Source: Chrysomallon squamiferum
Taxonomy: Eukaryota > Animalia > Mollusca
DNA: 64,000 bases
Direction: 5' to 3'
Assembly: GCA_012295275.1 (NCBI GenBank)
Contig: CM022679.1
Location: 15,748,001-15,812,000 of the forward strand
Under the pieces are notes generated by a model, which saw only the letters and a program-made list of their open reading frames with translations, had not been told where the DNA came from and did not search any database. The position numbers and the translations under genes are program-made. This document shows positions 54,018-64,000 of this stretch, in pieces. Numbering within the stretch: the first letter of the stretch is position 1; each line of letters begins with the position of its first letter.

Positions 54018-54345
54018 TAAGTAATTAAGCTTTTATTTTTATTTATTTACATTTTCTTCTACTGATCGATTGTTTGATAACATTTTATTATTATTATTAT
54101 TGCTGTTAATGATATCGTCTTCGCTTTTTTATTGTGTACTATTTTAGAAGAGACTGTGAATAGGAAGCACATTTTCATTTAAATAGTTTATTTATTGATA
54201 AAAAAATAAAATAAATTTAAACGTTTTTCAACCACATTTACAAATTCATAATCATGCAGAGGAATTCAGTTTGGTATTCCTTTATATTATTATTATTTTG
54301 GTTTTTGTATGGATGATCGGAAAGAAATTATTACTACTGCTACTT

Positions 54346-54389
<44 letters not shown>

Positions 54390-55140
54390 GCTACTACTAC
54401 TACTATTATAGTTGTTGCTGTTATTATTATTATTGTTGTTGTCAATTTTGTTATTTATTTATTATTATTAGTTTGCTTTGTTACTTGCTAATAATTATGT
54501 AGACTTGTTTCTGACAATAACGATGACAACGACAACAACAACAATAATAATTGTAGTAGTAGTTGAAATAGCAGAAATAGTTATTGTAATAATAATGATG
54601 ATGATGATGATAATGATAATAATTGCAAAAACAGTACAATAAAAACAACATCATCAACAACAATAACGGTTATACAGAATATGATAGTAAAGTGATGACG
54701 ATTTCTTTACTTAATGTAGATTATATAATGAAAGTTTAGTTATTCTGTTACAAGAAAGATGACGCAGTAATTATGATTATATATATGCAACATCTAATAA
54801 AATACATACAATGTATACAATATATAGCGTTTAACAGGCAATACATAAATAAATGTTGATCCTAACATAAAGCATGTGAGAAATGTATAAATAGTAAAAT
54901 AAAGTATAACCAATGTTAACTGGGAAATTAAAAGCTCTACCGCAATATGTATAGAACTGATTATATATAATTATTTGCAATACATACAAAATACAGATAT
55001 TATAATACTGATAAGTACAACATATAATGTATAAATAACTAATGAATTACGTTTCAAAAGTGGAATATCTATATGCAATAAAGAATTGTTAGAATTGTTT
55101 TAAATAAAGTTAAAACATTCATTTTCATCCGATCCCTTAA

Positions 55141-55186
<46 letters not shown>

Positions 55187-56007
55187 AACAATATCAAAGG
55201 TCCTGTAAAAACCTTCCCTAAGATACACACAGTCGATATCACACAGAAAGTTGGTCCCGTGTCTACAATATGTTGAAGTTTTAAATTAGAAAAATAAACA
55301 GCTTAAAATTACCTGGATTCGATGTTCACCTTTTTTTTCCACGGCGTGATGTCGTTTTCACGAAAAGGTGAGAAATTTTAAATAAAATAGAGATTTAATA
55401 CAGATAATCTGTCTTTAAGATCTTATTTCTCACCAAACCGAGAATTATGTCTTATCATGAATTCTTCTTTTCCGAGCTGACAAATCGATTCATGTTGTGA
55501 GAGTTGTCGGCGGTGTATGGAACGCATTGCCGTTTTGCAAAAAGCGAACTGAAATAATAAAGCGCTTCGATGACAGAGAAAGAGAGACTATTTTTCTAAT
55601 TGTTACTTTTATTAAATTGAGTAAAAAAACATAAAAATATAATTTTGTATTATTCCTTTGGTTTGGCGTAAAAGTTTGAATAATACAAATACTTATAGCA
55701 TTAATGGTGCAAGTAATGGTGGTTGTTAGTAATAATAGTATTTTCCTAACAGCACCAGTAGTAGAACTAGGGTTAGTAGTTGAATTGGTTAGAAGTAGTA
55801 ATTGTTGTGGTCAATATAACAGCAACATATATAGTAATAGCAATAGTAGTTAAAACAGCTGTGTTTATTTGTATCTTTCACATGAAAAACTATTTTAATA
55901 ACTTTTTTTTTAGTGAAATACGAATCCTTAAGCGACAATAACGAGACTCTTGAGAAAATATTAAAAATGCACAAATAATATATTTTTTTTAATTTTAACA
56001 TTCTGTT

Positions 56008-56047
<40 letters not shown>

Positions 56048-57349
56048 TTTTGTTATTGATATTTTCACTACTGTATTTATTACCAAGTGACAATTTTTGT
56101 TTCATTTCCATTTCTTTTTAAAATCTATTTAAAATGGAAAAATAGCTATTTCATTATTACTTTATTTATTTTAAAAATTTTTTTTTTTTTTTTTTTTTTT
56201 AATTATTATTATTTTAGTTGTTCTTGTTGCTTTTTGTATTGATGCATAGTAAAAATTAAATATATACACAAAATTAATACGGAAAAAGGAAAGAAAAACC
56301 GCTCAGTACAACAAATTTATAATAAAATAAATAATAAATATTTAATTAGATAAGTAAATAAATAACCATAACATCTCAAACAGCGGTTTTGAAAACGTGG
56401 GTGTATAATGATATTGCTTACTCCTGAATTTCAGGCGTTACACCATCCGATAAACTCCTCTATGTAAACTTGCCACTGCTAGATTCGCTTTGGTGCGAAG
56501 AAATATGACGTGCATGTTAACAAATCCGCAAAAAAGCCACAAGTCAGTGTGTATTGCAGGCGTCATGGCTTCCGTTGATAAATAAAACGAATAAACAGTC
56601 GCCGAAATTTACAAAAAAATCCCCATTGTAGAGATTTGTCAGGCAATATTGATAATTTCTGCGAAAAAATTGTGATATCTTCTCTTTCGTTTATTCATTC
56701 CGGGTTCGGAATCTCTTGCTAGGACGCAAATTGTTGGCAGGAGTTCCTTCCATGAATCGAACCATTGTCCCGCATGTGACAAATCTGCTAAAGTTTATGA
56801 ATATAATTCTACAAACGCGGCTCAACAGACACCTTCTGGCATCTGGTAGAATTTAAAGTATTGAACAAACGTGAGTTTTTCTTTAGTTTGTTCCCAAATC
56901 TTTACACGTCCTTGCAAAATTCATTGAATGGTCCTGTTGTCGCATTTTTATTTCCAATCTCGTTATGAAGGAAATGCACAAAACTATTAAAACTCGATAT
57001 TTTGTGACGTAAATGCTTTTGTCTTTATTTAAAATACAAATTTTAAAACAATAAAAGGATAATATCATGCAAACTTTAGGCCTACTGTTTCAGCTTTTGT
57101 GATGAGATACGAAATCTTAGAACCGTCCTTGTTAAGTAGTATGATTTACTATCTAGACTTCTTCTTTTGACTATAAAACCAGTGAATTTTCGATTTAATA
57201 AACTGATAATAGGTTTACAATCGATAACTTAAAAATAAAACATATACTGATTATTATACAAATCAGAAATCAGTCTACAACTTTGCATAACTACAGTACC
57301 ATCGCAAAATTATTGCGTAATGTCCTACTGAGCTGGTGAATTAACAACA

Positions 57350-57443
57350 AGAAAAGAAGAAAAAAAAAAAGAAAGAAGAGCAAGAAACAAAAAAAAAAAA
57401 AAAAAAAAAAAAAAAGAAAAGAAAGAAAAGAAAAGAAAGAAAG

Positions 57444-57476
<33 letters not shown>
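57350..57476. repeat. Interrupted poly(A)/A-rich tract
   Basis: Directly visible; no recognisable retroelement body upstream. Confidence 0.85.
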
Positions 57477-57478
<2 letters not shown>

Positions 57479-57605
57479 ACTCTTTAAAATGTTTAATTTA
57501 GTAAAATCGCTGTCCAAACATTTATAAATTAAACTCTAAAAGCCAAGAATGTTTTAATTCTTGTGGTTTATATTTAACTTAAGTACATTCTAAATGATGA
57601 TGATG

Positions 57606-57662
<57 letters not shown>

Positions 57663-58782
57663 GCCTCAAACCTTGAAGAGTTACTTGTGAAAATTAAATA
57701 TTATTATTATAATAATATTAACATTTTGGCTATCCATTTATTGTTTTAGAAGAAACAACTTAAGATTTTTTAAGTATATAAGAGACAACATTTTCCTATT
57801 AAATAATTAAACATATAAAATGTCAGATAAATAAATGACATATGTCATAAGATTTCTTGCATTTCAGGTCTGGACAGTAATCCAAACAGCGGATTAACTA
57901 AACCCTGTCAGTGCCAGGAACTTTCTAGTTCGACCAGTCATTTGAGATATACAATCCCAAATAATTATCGCATATATTCGAGTTTTCGTTTCAAACACTA
58001 ACCATATCAAAAATGCAAATTCAAGATTTTCAAATGTCATCCATGACTCATTACGGATTTGGACGGTATCGTCTTTCGGCGTACATTCCCACCCATAGTG
58101 AAAAAGCACCTGAATGACCCGTGACACGAGATTCAAAAGTTGGTTTTCGCGGTGGTGTCAAAAACTCAGACAGATCGCCAAATAGAAGGATAGATGAATG
58201 CCTGAACTGCTTCACAGTGCCATGAAAGACAGCAAAACCCTTATCGATTTTGTATACAAACTCTTTTAAAATCTAAAGCGGTTTAAATTTCAATTACAAG
58301 ACCCAATTAGATCTACGTTCATTGAAAGCGCACGTTTTTGCTGGAGTCATATGAATAGAGAGAGACGATGATATATTTTAAAAAGCCAGGAACCGTTAGA
58401 TACCCCATAAGCAGGCAATAAGGCTTCATTGGATAAAACTGGTTTCAAGTTCTAGCGAAGCCTCCTTGTTGTGTTTGGTATTGTTCTCCTCCTATCACGA
58501 CAGGTACCTTTGACTAGGAAAAACACTTACACCGTGGTTTAAACACGAATTTCTTCTACACTCCATTAAATCTTTCTTCTAATCCAGTTCAATATTTTGT
58601 TTACTTCATAACGGGTGGAGCTGAATTTCTGCCACGTACCCTGAATATACAGCGCTTGTTGAAAGATAGGAGATGATAATGATCGGAATACACAAATAAA
58701 ACTTGCCAGTCTGTTATTCGAAAAAATAATAAATAAATTCAGTCGTCTTATTATCAGTTTAATATTATTTAACTTTTTTTTT

Positions 58783-58822
<40 letters not shown>

Positions 58823-59012
58823 CTTCTAGGAAAACTAATGTTCTCACATGTAGCATAAATTTTAAATTCTGTGTATGTTTCACTGTTCACATTTCAGAAA
58901 TATGTGGATGGTTTTAATTTCTTCTTCTTCTTCTTTTCTTTTTTAATTTATAATTTTCCTCTCAGCAACATTTCTTTTTTTTTTTTATTTTGACATAAAA
59001 TAAAAAAAAATA

Positions 59013-59045
<33 letters not shown>

Positions 59046-59211
59046 CTTTGTACTGGCTTGCCTTATATCGTGTTCATTGTGAATAAAAATAGGTATCATA
59101 GTTCGATTACAGAATCGACAAAATAAGAAATGTATTGCTAACGTGAAAACTACTACATACAACAAAAAATAATAATAATAAATAAATAATAATAATAAGA
59201 AGAAATATATG

Positions 59212-59252
<41 letters not shown>

Positions 59253-59936
59253 TATAAAAATAATTATATTGTCTGCTTTGGGAAAATGTCTCAAAAATAC
59301 AAAAAGATAGCAGTCATTCTAATTATAACTATGGTTTTTCTATCTGTCAAGTATTTGCGATGTTAATACAAGTAGTCTTGTTAGCCGATTTGGCGCAAAA
59401 TCTGTTTTCATATTAAAGCTAAACCTCGCTCTCTCGCCGTAATAACCAAGACGATTACTGAGCAAAGATTGACATTAATGTCCAAACCAGCAACACTCAA
59501 GGGTCTCGCGTAGCTGGGGTGTTTTTGGACGTTGATAACCGCCAAAATCCGGACCGCTTTTCCAGCCAGAGTAATCATTTGAGAAGCCATAACAAATGTT
59601 ATCATATAGTTCGGCCATTTCCTTTCTGATATTATCTCTTTTTTTGTTCATGATGTGCAACAATAGCTAATTGTTATTATAGTTTAAAGGAAATTACTAG
59701 AGCGATTTGCATATTCACGATAAATATTTTTGCAATGTAAGATCGAGGAATTGTGTTTGAGGGAAAATATATTCGTGTATTATCAGATAATTTAGTCTGT
59801 TGACTTTTTATAATGTGCTCTTTTTTTATATAATATTGTTTTGTAAAGAGTTCTTGTCGCTATTTTAAATGCTTAGTTTTAATTGGCAACTTTTTGACTG
59901 AAAAGTAATGAGTATCCCTAGCGTTAAACTTCGAAA

Positions 59937-59971
<35 letters not shown>

Positions 59972-60111
59972 AAATAAACTAATTCTTTATAAAATTAATC
60001 TTGGAAATGATAATTACCATTTAATTTTTTTAAAAGAAAGAGTACTGATTAAAATTCCAGTTGCACGGGTATTTTGGTGATCTGGAGATTCGATTTGTGA
60101 TTATAATTATG

Positions 60112-60166
<55 letters not shown>

Positions 60167-61968
60167 GTTTTTCATTATATTTTCTCGTTATATTTTGAAA
60201 GAGAAAAAAGCTATTCTGACTTTCACAATACCATAATTATGCACATTTTAAAAAATATATTATTTAAGAATTTTTTTATTATCCTCACCGATTTGAATAA
60301 ACATAAAACAAATAAATCATTAATATATATGTATATATATAAATGAAACCTAGAAAAAATGAATTTCAAATAATAATACAGAAAACAACAACAACAACAA
60401 CAACAAAAAATTAAATAAACCACAAAACAAAAACCATCGGTAGTTTCACAAGTATTAAAAAGTATAACGCAATATTTAAAATGGATGCGACCATCATGCA
60501 CCTTCAACCCATTGTCGATCTTGAAAAGAATATTTTATTAACTTCCAGACTAGTTATCATTGTGAGATATATATAAATTATATAAAATTATATTTTTTCT
60601 AAGACATTATTAATAGCATAATTAAGAGAAGAAAACATAGACATGAACTATTTTTATATTTCACAATTATTATGTATTTTGCCTGCATAACAAAAAAGTG
60701 AAAGGTTTGTAATTTAAATAAGACAATTTCTTGACCCACTAGCACCATCTAACTTATTTAATCATAAAGTCAATACAGACCTTAATTTGTCAAATAAATA
60801 AATAAATAAATAACAACAATAATTTATTTTAGTGAAACTGATAAAGTATTATAAAGCAAGTACGTTAACTCGACAACTATACGATTCAAAAGTAATTTAC
60901 TTTGTTTCGTTGACAATAATAACAACAACAACGATGATGATGATGATGATGATAACATCAAAAACAACAAAATATAAAAGAGGGAAAATATTAAAAGACA
61001 TTTGACTATTGCATTTTTTAAATTATAATCATCATTATCTATTCATTTAAGAAAGAGTGATGTCAGTATTCGACACCAAAATGTTTTGTTTGTTATTTTT
61101 ATTTTTGTACCGATATTTATATTTTAATTTAATTTTATTTAATTTTATTTCATTTCACTTCATTTCTACAATAATGTTAGACGGTACAAAGAAGATTGCA
61201 AAAGGCACTCGTTTAAATACCAGATAATGATCTTGTCGTTTTGACAGTGGTGTCCTGTTATTATTTGAATTTACTCATGTTTCCCTTTCGATAAGACGGT
61301 TTGGAACAAAAAACCAAGAAAACGGTCGCATTCTGGGGATTATGCGAGATGGAATAGCGATAAGTTTGTAGGACAAGATCTTCGGGAGGGTTCAAAAGAC
61401 GGACGCCACTGTCCGAAAAGTCTATTGCACGTCGTGTGTGGCCACTTGATAGGTTTAGTGCTTTTTTTCTACTTCTTTAAACTGTGGCCAAAACCAAACT
61501 CACTGTCAGTTTTACCTGTATCAGATTGCATTCTAGATTGTGGTTTTATCCTTTCTTCAACATTTTCAAAATCATAACCAGTGACCGATCCACAAGTTTA
61601 AAATATCATGGATGAAAGTCTCGAGACCGTCACTATTGGCAGCCTATATTACACTTATACATACTTCCCTGTATGCAGATAAAACTGTTAATTTCTTTGT
61701 ACAGGTATAATTACTACTTGCATCGAAAAGACACTGGTATTGACCACTTTAGTTGTTGTAAAATAATGTTTTATCACAAATGACAATATCCAGTATACTT
61801 TCAAATAAAAATGTGTGATTTTACAATTATTATATAACGTTAAGTTTATTCATTTATTGATTTCAGTCTTGCCTACAAATATGCATACGACGTTTTACTT
61901 AAAATAACTGAAATTAAAAAAAAATAAATAAATAAATAAATAATAAAACAGTATATAGATTTTGCAAT

Positions 61969-61999
<31 letters not shown>

Positions 62000-62318
62000 A
62001 AGCATTATTTATGTTTCCTTTTTTTGTCCATGGTACTTCATGCTGATGCCAACAATTTAACACACAATTTAACAAATAAAAACACAAATACACAATATTA
62101 AAATACTTTATGTTTAATCTGAATACATATCCGATTTTATATATTATCAAAACATAACAATTATAATCTATTTCAGAAAATCTAATTCTTTGGCATATAT
62201 ATTTGTATAATTTATAAATCAGTATACAATCAAATAAAGTGATGAAATCAAAAACAATTTTTCTACAAATCTCCTTTAATATAACATTCCAAAAACTGAA
62301 ACAATAAAATGATAAAGA

Positions 62319-62352
<34 letters not shown>

Positions 62353-64000
62353 GAGACATTAATGATATTAATTAAAGAATAATACTGAATTTCAAATAAG
62401 TAATTTGCATAAATTTTCAACTTTTTTCAGTTTTTGATGTGCATTTATTTAATATAATTATATATGTGCATTACTCAGTAGACTTTTATAGAATATTTAA
62501 AATGTTTAATTTTGTTTTTATAATAAAAATATGAAATAAGTAAATATATTTTAAAACAATATAAAATGAGATGCTATAAAAAAAGAAAAAATGGTAAAAG
62601 ATTTAACATTAATAATAAAAATACTACTACTATTACTACATTAATAATAATAATAATGATAATAAATATAACCTAGAAATAGATAAAAGACATTTTCTTT
62701 CCCATTCTCAAAATGCATAAAAATAGGACAATCTCACTTTACATTTTATATACAGGTATACACAAATAATTTGATAGCAATATTTTCTTCCATTTGCAAA
62801 AACAATGCCTTACAAGTTCACTGAGCTAACAATGATCACAAATTTTCTTTCAATAATCACCTAAAAATATTACAAACAGTACGCATATAATTAAGCCAAA
62901 TATACAAAGTGACTAGTAGTCCATTATACAGTAATAATAGATAGATAAATAAAAATATCAAAACCATTAACCATTACCTACTTGAATATATTTTGAGCCA
63001 TTAAAAAAAAAAATACCTCATAGTCAAAATCTGTGATAAATGAAGCAGTGAAGTACAAAAAAAAAAAAAAAAAAATATAAAATATATATATATATATATA
63101 TATTGATAATAGTAATTAAAGAAAAATAAACAACATTATTTTTTATGTTGACTACATACCAAAATAAATATTTGTAAGATATAAAACAAATAAATGGAAA
63201 ATGTTCTAAATGTATTTCAAAAATATATTTGAAAAAGAAAAACACTGTATAAATTTCACAAAATTGTGTAATTTGTCAGTTGTTTATTATTATTATTATT
63301 ATTATTATTTTTTTTTTTTTTTTTTTTTAAAAGCAACAACACATTTATAGGTTTTCTGCTTTTTCTATATAAATGATATAGTCAATCATTTATGAACATA
63401 TACAATAAAGACATCAAAACAACAAAACAGAAAACCAGTGGTGAATGTGTGTATATATGTGTACATGCATGTGTAAATCCATAAAGGTACAGGACAGTAA
63501 TGCCTTTGAATAAATCTGAGGAGCAATCCTCTAAGGGTTTTTTGTATTATCTTTTTTCATATCTCCTCAAGGAAACCAAAGTAAATATTTTCTAAATATA
63601 GATTTTATTTCACAAAAGACAGAGACTGGTTTACATGTTTATTACTCATTGTTCTTTGATTGTAAGTATCAATGGAATTTGTAAAAGATATGAATACTTT
63701 TTAACTTGATAGATAGATATATAATATATAATCATCAAAAATTAATATTAATCTACAAGGCATGAACATTTACTTTATTACTATAAAGGATGGTGATTCT
63801 ATGTGTCTATGAATATATAAAGACCACTCATTCATGATCTATATTTGAATGTTGATTACTAATATATGATCAGTATTTAAGCAAGAAGGTGTCATATTGT
63901 TTGAATCAGACACAAACCTTTCAATTACTTATAAAATAAACCTCAAAATAATAAATAGCTTGTTATAAAAAATTTGAAAAAAAAAAAAAACCCTGTTAAT

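Noticed and set aside
56437-56448. 12-mer GTTACACCATCC shared with 3871-3882
   Set aside because: The flanks do not align, and isolated 12-mer matches are expected in 64 kb.
56835-56900. TGGCATCTGGTAGAATT, resembling miR-183/263a
   Set aside because: An extra base disrupts the seed and there is no complementary star arm.
59475-59663. 62-aa non-repetitive ORF
   Set aside because: No recognisable domain or consistent splice partners; treated as part of a non-coding island.

Overview
AT-rich, microsatellite-saturated animal genomic DNA, with no prokaryotic features. The main feature is a minus-strand Dmbx (diencephalon/mesencephalon homeobox, PRD class, K50) gene. It has five coding exons (30572-30458, 28709-28534, 26474-26159, 25942-25787, 24183-23779) encoding an MQNYG N-terminus, DIILEARYG plus homeodomain, and a C-terminal OAR motif, with a probable non-coding first exon at about 35125-34606. 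Two of these exons are missing from the ORF track. As assembled, the last exon is one base out of phase with the upstream exons; deleting one base from a C4 run at 24121-24124 would give a 388-aa protein. Downstream on the same strand lies the 5' end of a second, unidentified gene (coding exon 7029-6795, with several candidate promoters or first exons) that continues off the left edge. The roughly 27 kb upstream of Dmbx is a gene desert in which CpG-retaining islands (candidate enhancers) alternate with microsatellite tracts, ending in a CpG-depleted right end. Other features are a 212-bp MITE with perfect 33-bp TIRs, a nested (TA)n fold-back minisatellite and a diverged non-coding duplication. 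An invertebrate origin, possibly cephalopod mollusc, is an inference. I found no convincing evidence of a wholly new biological system; the best leads are the Dmbx frame/OAR anomaly and the identity of the tandem neighbour gene.
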